DNA from: Camelus dromedarius
Lineage: Eukaryota
Assembly (NCBI RefSeq): GCF_036321535.1
Contig: NC_087437.1
Span: 89,158,001 to 89,222,000 of the forward strand
Direction of reading: 5' to 3'
Length of the DNA stretch: 64,000 nucleotides
Under the pieces are notes generated by a model that was not told where the DNA came from, searched no databases, and was given only the letters and a program-made list of their open reading frames with translations. The position numbers and the translations under genes are program-made. Shown piece by piece: positions 25,811 through 40,291 of the stretch (position 1 is its first letter; the number at the start of each line of letters is the position of its first letter).

Positions 25811-27369
25811 GAGATATCTATCAATTAAGTTTTTTTTCAAGGTAAGAAAGGGAAAGAGGAAGATACTAGTATTGTCAAGGAAACTAGTAAAACAGAACAA
25901 GAAAACTGTTTCAAATTCTGTGAGGCCAAAACTCAAAAACACTGTAATTAAAGGGAATAATCAAACTAATTTTTAGACATAGAGCACAAAAACTATTGAT
26001 AGGAAGAAAAAATAAGATTTAATGGGTAAAAAAAAATGAGGAACACAAGCTATTAAATATAAGGTTAAAAAATAAGTTGAACACAAACTATTAATATAAT
26101 TTTAGTCTATAGAGAAGTCTGATTTACAATGATAAAAAAAAGTATAGGTTGCCAAAAATAAAATTATTTTGAAAAGTAAAAGATTCCAGTTTTGAATGTT
26201 AAATGCTGTCATAATATTACCATAGGAGGATACAATTAACCTCTCCTGACATAAGTGGCAAAGCTTCTTAAGTGATCTGAGGCATAAAAATAAAAATTGA
26301 AATTTTAAACATAACCCTAAATAAATTAGTAGTTTGTATTGGTGTCATTTAGAAAACATCACTTGTCTAAATATTTCCACTCATTTTGAAAACTATCACA
26401 AGTAACGTGGACATGTTATTAAATTACCACCTAAAATACAATCTAGAATAAAGGGTTCTTTTTGTTTATTTGTTTTTCTACTTGATTCAAGCTAATCAAA
26501 TTCTCAGGACACTTTAAAATCTATTTCTTTAGATTTTAAAATCATTCTATTTTTATACCTTGCAATAATTTACTATAAGTATATTGCTATGTGATATGCA
26601 CTTTGAATATTTCCTTTAGCCAATGGAGAAACCTATAAAATTGGAATGAATACTATGTTGTTCCAAAGAATTCAAAACTAGATATTTTGAATAATGCATT
26701 CTTTCCACACTGAAACCATAAGAAGAATACTAAAGAAAAGTACAGCCATGAAACAAAGATAAACCAAAAACAAGAACTTGAAGTTTTTGATTCTCTTATC
26801 CATTGTACATTCATGTGGATTGTGTAAAATCTAAGTTCGATTTGTAAGATCTAAATTGAGATCAATTAAGGCAAAATTTTCAACCAAATTATTGAATAAA
26901 TACTTACTCAGACAGACAGTATCTAAAAATGGTTTATTGTCTTGCTGGCTAATCCTCCCTTTTACTCATACTTTCTAAACCACAATGGCCAATGCAAATC
27001 TCCTCTCTCTAACCTGCCCCAAACTTATACATCTCATTCTTGAAAGAGTCACATCTAGAACTCAGGGATCTAGACTCCTATTTGGTGGCAAGATGCCTTT
27101 AATTCCTAAGTTTACAGCCATTTCCTGGTAATTTTAAAATTATGAGTGGATGTTAAGTGAGCAATGGACGATGAAAGCTCTATAAACATGAATAAAGTTT
27201 AGAGAAATAATCAGAACTTACACCAAAGTATATTTAGCACATGCTTAATGGATGCACAATCCATATCCTGCCACAAGGTAATTGGGTATAAATAGTAAGC
27301 AAAGATCATAAAAGAGCACAATGAGTCTTTTAAATGGTCCATTAGATTGTTTTATCTCTTTAATTTTTT

Positions 27370-28010
27370 AATTCCGAGGTTGCTAGTTATCCCGATTCTA
27401 GTTTACCGTTGGCTGTGTTCAGTCAAACTCTGCTTAGAAAGATTTCACAGGCGCAAAGGCACATATCTTCACAGGGGTATTCTGAAGGCACCCTATAGAT
27501 AAGTGAATAAAGCAATCTATTCAAAAGCGCCTTGGGGGTGGGAAAGGCCTCCGGAAATCCAGGACCGTAAACTAAGTCTGATGAGGGAATTAGAGCAGTT
27601 TCCAGCTGGAAAATATTTTCATCAGGAAAGTAGTACAAAGAGTTGCTAACTTGAAAGGAAAAGTTGCTTGTTGCTTCAAGTAACAGAGCTATACCAACTG
27701 GGATTGCTGAGCTCAAGGTTAAAGTAAAAGTACAATGATAAGCGGGGCAGGAACAAGGAATTGAACTTGAAAAATGCTGGAGCACAAAGAGGTGGCAAAG
27801 GGAGAGGGAGGTTGAACCGGTGTGAATCGCACTTGCCTGGCTCGCTGGGTCTTTACGGTCCGAGATCAGTGCCGAAATGCATGCTCTGCCTGTCTTGCTC
27901 TTTGATCTCCTTAAGGTTAGAACCTCAGGAAAACAACAATTGACAAGTTACAGGAAGCCCACCGCCTAAAACTTGCTCTAGCTAGTTCTTCCGTGAGGCG
28001 AGGCAATGCT
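27370..28010. promoter_or_regulatory. CpG-enriched, repeat-free block; candidate promoter/enhancer or alternative first exon
   Basis: About 17 CpGs in ~640 bp by eye against a CpG-poor background; ETS-like CCGGAA/CAGGAAG; minus-strand donor-like ACG|GTAAAC at 27401-27409. Confidence 0.4.
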
Positions 28011-30199
28011 ACTTCATTAGAAAAAAAATACCATTTCTTGCAGTTTGTTTGCTGCTCCTTAACTAACATGCCAACTTTTTAACAAGTGTCACTGGTTTAA
28101 GGAAAACTTAACTTAAATGAACAAGGAGCAGCAAAATAAACTATAATAGTACAACCAACGAATAACTATTACAGTTTTCAATGAGAGGAAAGATTATTTT
28201 AGGAGCTTTTGACTCTGGTAATCAGAAATGTCAAAAAAAAAAAAGAGGTGAGATATTGAAGATTAAAGATAAGCATTTTAGCAAAATCATTTTAATTTAT
28301 CAGATTCTCTATGGCAATGCTTTTGTAATTGTAACCTATAAATGAGTCATAAAATCAATTTAAGGTGGCATTTAAATAATAATGAGAAGAGAATAAAAAT
28401 ATAGTAGAAACTACAACAGTGCATGATTTATAGTAAGTGTATCGTTTGCTGAAATTTTTGTCTCTTGTTTTGTGTGCGTGTGTGTGTGTTCTGACTGTCT
28501 ATGCTACCAATGTATTTGTTATTTGAGTCAAAGAAAAACCAACAAAAATCTACCCCCCTCAAAACAAGACAAAAGATTGAAAAGCACTGCCCCTTCTCCA
28601 AGGTGCAGACTGAAAAGGACTAACGCCTTTGAATGTACAGACAGTCCCACAGGTGGTAAAATCACAGTAAGCCACCAGGTCTTTAATCCTCAAGACTTCA
28701 TTTCCGTATGTAAAAGTCCTCCCTTCTGAACTTAATTTCTGTTTTCATTTTCTCTCAGATCTGCAAACACCACACACAGAGTCACAGGTCACACAAAGCG
28801 TATCCTACAGAATATTACACCGACAAAGTCCAATTAGCTCAAAAGTTTTAACAGTTCGCTTTCTTTTAACTTACAATTATTTTAAATTGGTACATCTTTT
28901 TTTTTAAACAGTTTTTCAGAAGGAATCTGCAAAGTGATACAAACTGCCTTCCACTCACTTTTCTGTTTTAAATTACTGTAGCTACATCAAACATACACAC
29001 ACACACACAGCCACAGAAACAACAGGAAATCTTTGGAAGTCATTATTATCAACAGGCTCTAAGACCATCCCCCTACCTATTTTCTATTCATAGATAAATG
29101 GGCAAAATAACAGCATTCCATCTGGTTTATCCCACTGGGTTTCAAATATGCCATCTGGCCCATTCTCCATAATTACACTCATCTCCTCCAACTTACCTAA
29201 AAAGAGTGCAAAAGAAATCCTGAATCTATCAGATTCTATGAGAATTATTTATGAACAGTTATTCATTAAGGTTATGTTCTTATGCAGTTTTTTCCTGACT
29301 CAGTGTTATTTTAAGATGTACTTACCTCTGCATCAATTTATTTCACGAAGTGAGAGTTGCCACTGTTCAACACACGTCACATTGAGGAGTGAGCTGGCTC
29401 CCATCTCTGTGTGATAAATGTATAACCAGTACTCTGGTCACTGGAGATTTGAAACTCCTGTGTGAGTTTTAGGAGAAAGAAGTTGTACACGTACCCACAT
29501 ATATACAGCTCTAAGTCTGTATTTTACAATGCAAAAATGATTCCACAACAGCATTCAAAACTAGAATTTTTCTAAGATTTTCAATATAAGATTTCCAATA
29601 TGCAGCAACCGATGGCTTTTACAGAGTATAAGCTGTTCAGTTTTGTTATTGTTATGGGCTTTTTATTCTTTTACTGTCCCAGCTTAATGAGTAAAAGCGG
29701 TAGTGAAACTAAATAGGCCTTTTGCTAGACAGGTTTTCTATCCAAATTACTTATGGAGTAACAGATATGCGAGGGGAGGGAAGTGTACAATGTTAAAAGT
29801 CAGAGAGCGTAGCTCGGAGAGGCTTAAGTGATTCTGTGTGACTCAAGATTGATGCAAGTAATAATATGGGTTAAGGGGCAGGTGGAGGTACCAAAGAGGG
29901 CAATATGTTTGCTTAATGGAGTGTCTTCCTTCTATATTACTGATGAGAGAGAAAGCTGTTATCTGCTGGTACATACTTAATCCTTACATTCTTTTTGTTT
30001 GCTTTTGTTTCCTTATTCACAGAATTACAATTTCTTAGAAAATGTGTCAGCACTAAAATCCTGATATCAATGTGTTAGTCCCATTTTTTTTCTAGGTACT
30101 TAAGTACATGAATCTTTTTGAATGACTGATGTAGTAACAGTAGCTAGATGTACATGTCAGACCCCCCAGCTGTTTCATGCCATGGGTTAACAATCGATG

Positions 30200-30745
30200 T
30201 ATTTATTTATTTTATGATGGCAAAATATATATACCATGAAATTTACCATTTTAACTATTTTTAAGTGTACCATTCAGTGGCATTGAGTACATTCACATTG
30301 TTGTGCAACCAATACCACCATCCATCTCCACAAAATTTTCATCTGCCCAAACTGAATTTCTGAACTCTTTCAACAATAACTTCCCCCCTCCCTCCTCCTC
30401 CTCCCAGGTCCCATCAATGACCGTTCTGCTGTCTGTCTCTATGAATCTGAGTACTCCAGGTATCTTGTATAAGTAGAAACATACGGTTTTTGTCCTTTTG
30501 TGATTGGCTGCTTTCATGCAGTATATTGTCTTCAAGGTCTCATCATTTGTAGCATGTATCACAATTTCCTTCCTTTCTAAGATGAATGACATTCCATTCA
30601 GTTGCTTCCACCTGTTGGCTATTGTGAATAATGATGCTGTGAACATGGGGGTACAAATATCTGTTCAAATCCCTGCTTTCAGTTGTTTTAGGTAAATGTC
30701 CAGAAGTGGAATTGCTAGATCCTATGGTAATTCTATTTCTAATTG
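30200..30745 (-). mobile_element. L1MB-like 3' end
   Basis: aaatttaccattttaactatttttaagtgtacc...ttcacattgttgtgcaacc...ggctattgtgaataatgatgctgtgaacatggggg. Confidence 0.85.
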
Positions 30746-30785
30746 AACAGCAGTGAGAAATCTGCCTCCCAACATTATACATCTA

Positions 30786-31034
30786 GGATGTGAGGGTGAT
30801 CTGGCTGAGACGTCTGTCACCCCACTGATCTTCAGGGTTGATTCGGCTGATCTGGCTGGTTAGGCAGGTGTCCCTTTTCCTCTCTCAATGCTTCACGTGC
30901 GTCCCTCCTGAAGCTGCGTGCTTGGTCATAGAGGACGACCTTTCCTGATAGAGGAGGACCGTTCTTTTCTGTCAGGGTATAGGAGTAGCTGTGCTCCTCT
31001 GCTAGAACCTCCAAACAAGCTCTCAAGTTCCATT
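30786..31034 (+). pseudogene. RN7SK: 7SK snRNA processed pseudogene, 3'-truncated (about nt 1-247)
   Basis: Collinear match to recalled 7SK: GGATGTGAGGG.GATCTGGCTG...CAGGGTTGATTCGGCTGATCTGGCTGG...GCTAGAACCTCCAAACAAGCTCTCAAG; many substitutions including CpG decay; no 3' stem-loop. Confidence 0.95.
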
Positions 31035-31049
31035 ATAGACACCTATTAA

Positions 31050-31950
31050 CTTATTTACTCAATTCTAACATGCGTGTACGGTGGTTTCAGGATAGTTGAC
31101 TGGTACCTTCATGGGAAACAAATTTATCAATAGACTACAGTGCATCTGTAAAATTCCTTTTGCCTTAATCTTTTAGACTCTGCTCATTTTCAGAGGTATT
31201 TGCATTAGCATCTTTATCCCTCATATCCTTCAGTAGGGGTGTACACGTCTGCAATAGAGTCAGGTAGATCCTTCTATGAGGTTCTCCGTTCCATTCCGGG
31301 ATCCCCAGCCTTCTTAATATTTTTGTTTTAATTTGTATACTTTAATGTTTAATTTTTGTATTGTGAAATTCTATACATTTTGACAAATGAATAATGTTAT
31401 GTATCCAACATTACAGTATTTTATAGAATGGTTTTATTGTCCTCAAATATCCCCTGTACTTTATCTCCTCAACATCCAACTCTCTCTCTGTGAACTACTG
31501 GCAGCCAATGATCTGTTTGCCATTTCCATAGTTTGGCCTTTTTTAGAATGTCGTATGAGTGGTATAGACTATATGTAGATCGGTAGACTTGTTTGTTTCA
31601 CTTACCAATATGCACTTAAGATTAATCTATGCCTTTGCATGGTTTGATAGCTCACTCATTTTTATCACTAAGTAAAGTGATACTCAGTTCGTTCGTCTAT
31701 TCACCTATTCAAGGACATCTTGGTTGCTTACAGTTTGGGGCAATTATGAATAAAGCTTCCATAACATTTGCATGCCTGTTTTTGTGTGAACATAAGTTTT
31801 CACATCATTTGGGTGCATGTCTATGAGCACAGTAGCAGGATCATATGGTAAAAAACTATGTTTAGCTTTGTGAGAAACTGCCAGACTGTCTTCCAATGTG
31901 GCTGTACCGTTTTACATTCCCAGAGCAGTGAATAAGATTTCCTGTTGAGG
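31050..31950 (-). mobile_element. Old L1 (L1MC/MD-like) 3' region
   Basis: tttgacaaatg...ggacatcttggttgcttacagtttggggcaattatgaataaagct...gatcatatggtaa...gtgagaaactgccagactgtcttccaa. Confidence 0.75.
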
Positions 31951-32239
31951 TTTGGTGTTTAACCAGCAATTTTGCAGAGGGCTAACTGGATAAACTAACA
32001 AAACTCTATCATACATTTAAATAATATATTAAATATCCTCGGTGGTTTCTTGTGTGACATAAAGGTTAGCAATGCTGCAGGAGCAAAGGCAAGGGTTTCA
32101 CAGTCAGAGCCCCCTTTGTTAACTCACAACGTTGCTTTCCACTAAAATCTAGGGCTAAACTCTCCTGGCTTTCACTGCTGTTCTGTATTCCACTTCCTGG
32201 TACCGCTTACAGGAACTTTTTAAAATAACTTTCATACTG

Positions 32240-32459
32240 CAGTTGACCCTCGAACAACATGTGGGCTAGGGGCACTGACCCTCGGAGCAGTCAAAAATCC
32301 ACATGTAACTTAGAGTCGCCCTCTGTATATGCGGTTCCTCTGTATCCATGCTTCCACATCTGCAGATCCAACCAACAGAGAGGCTGTTGTAGTACTGTAG
32401 TATTTGCTGTTGAAAGAAATCCACATGTAACTGGACCCATGTTGGTGAAGGAGCAACTG
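32240..32459 (+). mobile_element. Tigger-derived MITE (MER8-like)
   Basis: Terminal inverted repeats cagttgaccctcgaacaaca / tgttggtgaaggagcaactg followed by TA; ~220 bp. Confidence 0.85.
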
Positions 32460-33589
32460 TATTTTAGTTACAAATCTAACTCTGCACTGTTAATTCCTGC
32501 TAAATTGTTTGCCCTCTTACATAGCAGAGTAGATTGAAGAACTATAATGGTGATTTTATGATAATGATATGTGTGTATGTATAACATATGAAGTAATGCC
32601 ACCAATCTAGTCTGGATCTAGCAGAAACACTTGGGGCTCTTCTTCTCATGTGTATTCTTCCTTCACAAACATTGAGAAACTGGCCACCTACGTACCCAGG
32701 AACTGAGTGACACTTACCACCTATTTACTGACTTATTAGACACTGTCTCTACCATTCCTACACATACATTCACACACTTACAGTCTCTCATATTATTTCC
32801 TTGAAATCATTCTTGGTGTTTCTGAGTGGTTGGGATTGGCACAAAGGAATTAAGAACAGTAATGAGTCTTCTCTTCCTTCTTCATTCCCTTGGGAGGATT
32901 GAGAAGCCAGGATAGGGGTGAAAAAGGAACCTAGATCTCCTATCCCCCAACTTCCCTACCCTCTCCACTCTCAGAGAGCCATGCTTCTAGAATATTAGCA
33001 ACTATTTTTTCTTCCTACTGTGCACATCCATGCCTGGCAAAGCCCTCTCTGGAAGTAAAAATCTCCACCAAAAGCCTAGAGCTAGCTATAACTTAGAGAT
33101 TCATGACTTTGTAAACTCGTACTCTTTTATCCCCTATCCAGTGAAATTTATAGAGCACTTAAGATGTGCCGGAAAAATGGTAAGCACATTTTTACCTCAA
33201 AATATCTTCAGTATCATTGTCATCGTCATCATCATTATAATCTCATCATTACTCCACAAACACTTATTAACACACAACTATTGTAGGAATTAGAATAACA
33301 ATGGTAGGAAAAGCTGATCTGGTCCTACACTTATAAACTAGTGGAATAATAGTAAACTTCACATAGTAGATAACAAAATTTAAAAATATATTCAATTACA
33401 CTATGTATCTGGTTTGTATGACAAAATTTTAAACTCTGGATTACTAAATTTTTAGCTTTCTTTTGACTTCCTGTCTCATAATTTTAAATTTTCTGCTTTC
33501 GTATAATCAGCTGCTCGAACAACAATATTTATCATTGAACCAAGATTATCATAGAAGTACCACTTTCATGGAAGGAATGGAGAGGGAAG

Positions 33590-34100
33590 TCATTTCAGTT
33601 TTCAGCATGCTACATTTGCTATGACACCTTCAGTTATAAATATCTAGTGTGTAGACAGTTGGCCTTAGTAGACTGGAACTCACGAATGAAAAGTTGGACA
33701 AAGATTTGGGACTCACAAGATCTATTATTGGCAGGTGAGGTTGTGGATGAAACCACCCACAAAGAAAGGTAAATGAGATGAGAACAGGAGAAAGGATTCT
33801 AAAGACTTACATGTAAGGTGGGGTTGGTCAAAGGAGTAGCTTGCCTGGGGGACTTATAGGGCCAGTGGAAGATGGGTGAGAAACTAGGGGATTATGCATA
33901 GCAACAGAGCTTCCAAAAAGAGAGACTGGTCAAACACACTTAAGATACAAAACTGAACATTTCAAATTAGATTCCACGAGTGAGATATGAATGATGACTT
34001 TCAACAAGTAGGTTTGGAGAGCTAGAATTGAGTGAATGTGGTTAAGGAAGTAAAGACAGTGGGTGGATGGAGACTGTATGATCAAAGCATTGTTAAATAA
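33590..34100 (-). mobile_element. LINE-2 remnant
   Basis: Purine-rich degenerate antisense L2-like sequence (ttcagttttcagcatgctacatttg...gatttgggactca...gatgacttt). Confidence 0.5.
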
Positions 34101-36204
34101 TTTAAATGTTAAAAGCATTTTTTTGTTTTGTTTTTGTCTTCTAAAAGCCAGATCTCTTGTGTTCTCTTGTTTTGTCTAACCACCCTCCCGCCCTCCTTTC
34201 TCCTTTCCTCCATACTGCTCCCCTCAGTTTCTTTCTCAGTTTCTGTCTTGCGTGCCCTGATCTACTTTTTCAGACACTGGGATAGAATTTGGCTGAGTGA
34301 AAAAAAGGCTGAAATCGTATAATCCCTTATAAACGTTAGATTTTACTTCTATGGTTCTGGCTTCAACATGCAAAGGGTGTTAAAGGGGGTTGGCTTTGCA
34401 TTGCTGTCCCACTGGTAGGCAGCTGACACTGCAGTTTGGCAAACGCCACTACTCTCTGGGGTCTTGAATGCCATGATGCAACTGGCCCATTGGGCTCTCT
34501 CTGAAGTGATCAAAGAAAGAAAAATCTGACTTTCCAGAAGCCATTTTTCTAAAGACATTGACTGAATGGAAAATCCTTCACCAAAGTATTTATAGAACGT
34601 CCTGGTGCTGTATTTTGACATATTGGACCAACCGAGGGAGAACTTTTACTTTTACTTTTACCCTGGGGAAGCAGCATCATAAATTATTCCACAACAATCT
34701 CCTCTCTATTTGGAATGTATTCTGGAATATGAATGAAGTGTCTAGTTCACCCTTCTCTGCGTATTTGATGCCTGAATCTCGCCTAGTTTAATGATTTCTC
34801 CACATTATGAGACGAAACTCACCCAAAAGTGCCTAACACAGAAGATGCACTCACTAAATATTAGGTATTGTTGATGGCGAGGCAGAGCTTCTCTTTTACT
34901 TGAAACTGAAAATGCCCTGTGATTGCATTTTAATCTCCCTTTGCATTTAGGATGAGACTCATAACCTTGACTTTTTTTTTTTTTTTTACATCAGAAACAC
35001 CCTCTACAGTTTCTGAATTGAAATATACAGACAGAATGTTAAAGAAACAGGAAGAGCAGAGAATGAGTTCTGATGCTCAATGGTGGCTGCGGGGCAGACA
35101 CATGCTGGTTTCCGGGGCACCAGTAGCCATGTGCCCAGGAGCAGCCTATAAGCATAGGCACCTCCTCCTCTAGTACACAGTACTAGAGGCCTGTTCCCAT
35201 CCTTTGGTATGATTTTGGCTAATGTCCTGACTGCAGCCCAGTATCTTTTCTCTCATTCTTATTCTATACCTGGTTCTCAAGGCTCCTGGTATTCTGTGAT
35301 CTCTTCACTCTATTTTAAAAATGTTATTTTCTGCTTAAATAATAATCAGAGTCAGATTCTGTTGCCTCCAGCTAAGAACCTTGATAGATACAATTGCCAT
35401 ATACATCAAAACTCAGAAGCAGCCACCGAGGATCTTAAATTTAACTCTGACTATCCATTATTAATGCCTCCAAAAAAAAAAAAACCTCAAGTATGGGAAA
35501 TCTATGTGAAAATAGTCTGTTTATCCTTCAGATCTGGTAATGAAGTGAGAACTAAGGCTTGGTTACTTAAGGCATGAATTTGGTGAGTGAGGCCACAGTA
35601 GGTTAGATCTGATTGCTGCCTGTGGAAATTGCTTTCCCAGTTTGATATATAAAAGCCCAGGCTTCACACATCATTTTCTGACTGATTTCTGCAGTGTGCC
35701 CTTAAAAAACAGAGTTTTGTTTTGTTTTTTTAATCTACTCAGTAATGTCCCATGTCATAGTTTGTTTCTAAACTCTTCAAGGACCTTTTCTGAATGGTGA
35801 GCTCTTAACTTCACTAGTTTAGTGGCTTTTGTAACTCTGTGAATATGGTGCTTCTGGATGGATGGTTCCACCTCAATCCCTATACTCTCAAATTTGAACT
35901 TTTCTTGCTAATTAGGTATTCCCTTGAACATGTCTTCCAGTTTCTCCTTCTTTAAGCCACAAGTCTGAGCTTCTTTATAATTCTTTAAAGGAAGGGTATG
36001 TTTCAGTTTGTCTCAAAATAAATCTTTGTGTTGAAAAGATCATATAAAACATGTCTTAATATACCAACATAAACTCAGAATCAGAAGAATTTTCTCTTGA
36101 TGGATTTATAATATGAGATAAAATATAAAAGTGTTCTGGAATTCCATAATTTCAGTCTGTATTGATACCTTGATAATATCTTTAAAGAAATAAAGTTCAT
36201 TTAC

Positions 36205-36237
36205 CTCTGCATGGTGGAGAGAGAGTTCCTCTGTCTC
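36205..36237 (-). CDS. Candidate 33-nt symmetric exon (phase 1/1)
   Basis: ttttatttgcatatag| acceptor, GAG|GTAAAT donor; GC-richer than flanks; reads (G)DRGTLSPPCR. Confidence 0.3.
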
Positions 36238-38796
36238 CTATATGCAAATAAAATAGTTTATTTCCTTGAACTAGAAGTAATCTTAGCAGAGAAATGACGC
36301 TGGTCTATACTTGTTACCAAAAAAGGGCAATTACTTGAGCTAGATTCCTTAGCTGGTTTGTTAAGTAAACATATTCTTCAGAAAATTGACTTGTTCAATA
36401 TCCTATTGATACATTTGAAAAAGTTATCTTCTAGTGTCTAGCTGAATTAACAAATAATATCATACTTTAACAATATAACTTAACTGGCATTGGACATTGA
36501 ATAAAATCCAATATTATTTGGGTAAAACCAATATAAGTATGATATATGGCCTAGAAGTTTGACCCTCAGAGTTGGCATGAAATCAAACTTATTTTCTTTT
36601 CAGGAAAGTCTCGTCCTATTCATGGATGGTCTTTCCATTTGAGTCTTACCAATTTTCATAAGGGAAAGTGAAGTCTATCCTGAGCTTAGATGATTGTTGC
36701 ATGTTATGCCTCCGTATTATAATTATGTTTGTCATAATTTCATGTAACTCCTCTTGACTCACAGGAAAACTTTCATATATCACAGCTAGGAATAATTGTA
36801 CTCACGTGAAATCAGTTTATATTCATCTCTGGAACACTGGGATACATATAATGGGTTCCTTATATTCACTGGTTGCTAATAAGCTAATGGACAGGTTTGT
36901 GGCTAAAATCTAGCAAGTGTACAATGACCTCTGGCCATATTTTGTGTATTAATCTTTGCTTTTTGTGTGCTCTGGTTAGGTCTTTGTTTTGGAGATTAGT
37001 TTCAGACTTTGATTTCTTTAACCTGTTTTGTTTCTCAACTAAAAAAATTTAATTAGATTATTTGTAGTTTTGAATGCTGCCTTAAGTTCATAATTTTTTG
37101 AAAAAAGTAGTATATAAGTTTGTTAGAATAAATTTAAAATGTACCGTCTCTTTTTCCTCATCCACGTGAAGCCTTGAGGGTATACATTTGGCATGACACC
37201 TTCTGAAGCTTTCCTTGTCTCTTCTCAATATTTATCCTCAATAAATCCATTTATTCCTAATCTGTTTTTTTACACACACATTATAAATAAGGTACTAACA
37301 AGTTTTCAAATATTTGATGTGCTCATAAACCATAATTGTGAGCAGTCCTTTTACCTCAAAAACAATTTAGGTAGAAACATTTGTCTTCTACTTTTAATTC
37401 AAATACCTCCTTGGTTCCCAGTTTGGTGCAAAAATGCTAAACTCAAAATACTTCCAAAACCTTAATAACTAGACAGAGTAATTAAGTAATAAAGGCAGCC
37501 ACTAGTGCCCTTGTACTTCATTAGCAGAAAACTGAATAGCAGGGCTTTTAAAAAGTGTTTTCAGAAGCTAAGTGAATGCACCAAAGAGAGCTATTATGTG
37601 CATAGGGATTTCAGGTGTGTAAATTAGGTTGAACTTTGTTTGCATCCATCAACCTGTCCTCAGTGAGGTTAACCAGGAATTTTGTAAGGCTTTGCTATCG
37701 TAATTGGTATATTTAAAATGATAACTAGGCTCCAAAGTATGGTCTATTGGAAGTAGCAACCTCAACACTGGGGAGAACAGAAATTTAACTTCATCATTTC
37801 CAACCACATTTCAGGGCAATAGGGCTGCTTCCGTGTCATCAATGGACTGATCAAATTAACAGGTAGTGCTCAGGTGTCCTTAAACAGTTAAGTAATTTTA
37901 GTAAGAAACACTCTTCTTACAGCATCTGGCTCAACATAACTAACTGATTTAAAATAAATATTTCTCAATGTTAAAAAATTATCTGTTTAATAGAGAGCCT
38001 AGCAGATCCCCAGGGATAATTAGACAGACTCACACTATGGAAACTGGGATGCACATCAAGCAGATAATTTCTAATACATTTTAAGCAGTGGCTCTCCACT
38101 TTTGCCCTGTAATTATTTCTCACACAATATGATCCATCCCAGGGCAGAATTTTTGAATATAAACATAACTTTCAGTGGGAACCACTAATGAAGGAGCAAT
38201 GCTTAGTGCTATCGAGCACAAGGACATGCATAAATCATAATTTCAAAATGCAAAAAACAGAATGAACTACTCTATTATTCAGGAGTTACAGTCCTCAATA
38301 CATTAGTATCTCCCAAACTAATGACATCAAACAGACTTTTATTTTAGCTAAAACTTTCTAACCCACACAAGCAATATGAACGCAATTGTTATTTCCAAAT
38401 TTCCTTGAGATATTTTCTAATTAACTGTATAATTTGGGGCAACATATTAATAGCATTTGTATCAAACCAAGCCAGTATTTTAATCAAACCAAATATTACA
38501 CCCAATGATTTATACATTGAATTTTTTTTATAAATTAGTCTAATGTTTTATATATACTAATTGTGTTCATCTCTAATTTACTTTAAATTCTGCCACAGGA
38601 CAAAATTTGTAGACAGATTTTTACAAACTTGAGATCCAACATAATATTTGTAAACCATCCAGATAATTACTGAGAAAAAAAGAAAATTAATATTTTTTTC
38701 TGTTCCACCTAGAACCAAGACCAAGACAGAAAACTAAACACCTTATTGCCTTCTAGTTTTTTCTAGGTTTACTCACTGTGGCATCAGAGAATCCTA

Positions 38797-38827
<31 letters not shown>

Positions 38828-40291
38828 TGATTGTAGGGAGGTTTCTAAACTGACCTTTCATTCTCCCTTAGACCGAGGATTTTGTCACAGATCCCACATA
38901 CGTGTACACCCTGCTAATGTCATATTATGAGTCACTAGGGTTTGGCAGATGCCATATGGGTAAATGCTACTCAATATCCCTTCATCCTTCAGGGCTCCAC
39001 TTTATTTCTCTTCTCCAGTTGTTTTCCTGACTTTCCCTCCAGCTCTTTTATTTGAAACAAAAGCATATTTTATCTTCATGTTTTATTTAGTATATTTGGT
39101 GTTCTGAACTGGGAGAACTATTCTCTATATCTTGCTAATAGAGAATACTCCAAAACTCCTTTTCAATTATGTTTTCTGAACTGCAGCAATTTTTATTATG
39201 TTTAACCTTTTCCCTCTTCAGAAGTCTCGATGAGTTGATGTATAGCTTATACCTACTTGTCCTCACTAGTTAGACATGTCCAATGCAGCAATTATTTTCT
39301 CAGAGAAGAAATTAAGTGAAATAATATAGAGACTTGTAGAACTGTCTTTTATTTTACTGCTATGTCTAGCCAGTCATCAGAATGGAGAATGCACTCTAAG
39401 ACTACTTCATTGCAGCCTTTGTTTGAACTGTGGAGATCCAGCCCAGGTTTTGTTGGTAGACGTCCAACCACCAGATCTCCTGCTAGTAGCTTTATAAAGC
39501 GAAACATACAAACAAACAAAAAACCACAAAATGAACTCAAAACTAGGAGGTTTTTTTTGTGACGTTCATCTCATAAGATTTGTCAAAGACCACTTTGACA
39601 AAATAAAGGACACATGATGTGTGGTTCGAGTTGGGTCTTTAAGGCACAGTAAAGGCAGGCATTCCTATATATATTATTGAAATTTGATAAACTAGTTAGA
39701 GTCAGTGAGAAAATATCATTTTGGAAATATTTCCATATATTACTTCAGTAATGTTTTGCAAGTTTATCCAAAAAATTGCTATCTGCAGAGCACAATAGTG
39801 GACCTATTGAAGAATAGAAATATGAAAACAAATTCTCACCCTTTATTCCTTTCTGAAAATACCCTTATCACATGAAGGGTGTGTCTTCTGTATTTTGCTA
39901 AGCCTCCCTATTCAGTTTAACAATGAGATAAAGACTAAATTATCCACTCCCACTTCACTGAATGATGGAACATTTGCAAAACTCTTGTTGAACCTGGTTG
40001 CCATGAGGAAGAACTATTTTCCTAAACACACTTGGCTGTCTCTCAGTCCTTATTACTTTCCTGCATCTGGATAAAGATTGAGTGTTTCTCTCTATAAATT
40101 TGCAAAGAATAACCTGGGCAAGAATAACATGACAGCTTTCTCTTCTTCTTGGGACAGCTTCTAGACATCACAAGCTTGAGTTCACAATTCTGCTCTATTC
40201 CTTCTCTCCAATTTTATCTGCCCATTGTTTGCTACCTTTTGAAACCTGATGGGTTAAAATTCTAGGATTTGTTTAAAAAAACAGCCTGCTC

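Noticed and set aside
27423..27785. 120-aa minus-strand ORF in the CpG-enriched block
   Set aside because: GTG start and no recognisable protein; the region is better explained as regulatory/UTR.
30786..31034. Functional 7SK gene
   Set aside because: Lacks the 3' ~85 nt and T-terminator, is heavily substituted, and has L1 sequence upstream instead of a PSE/TATA promoter.
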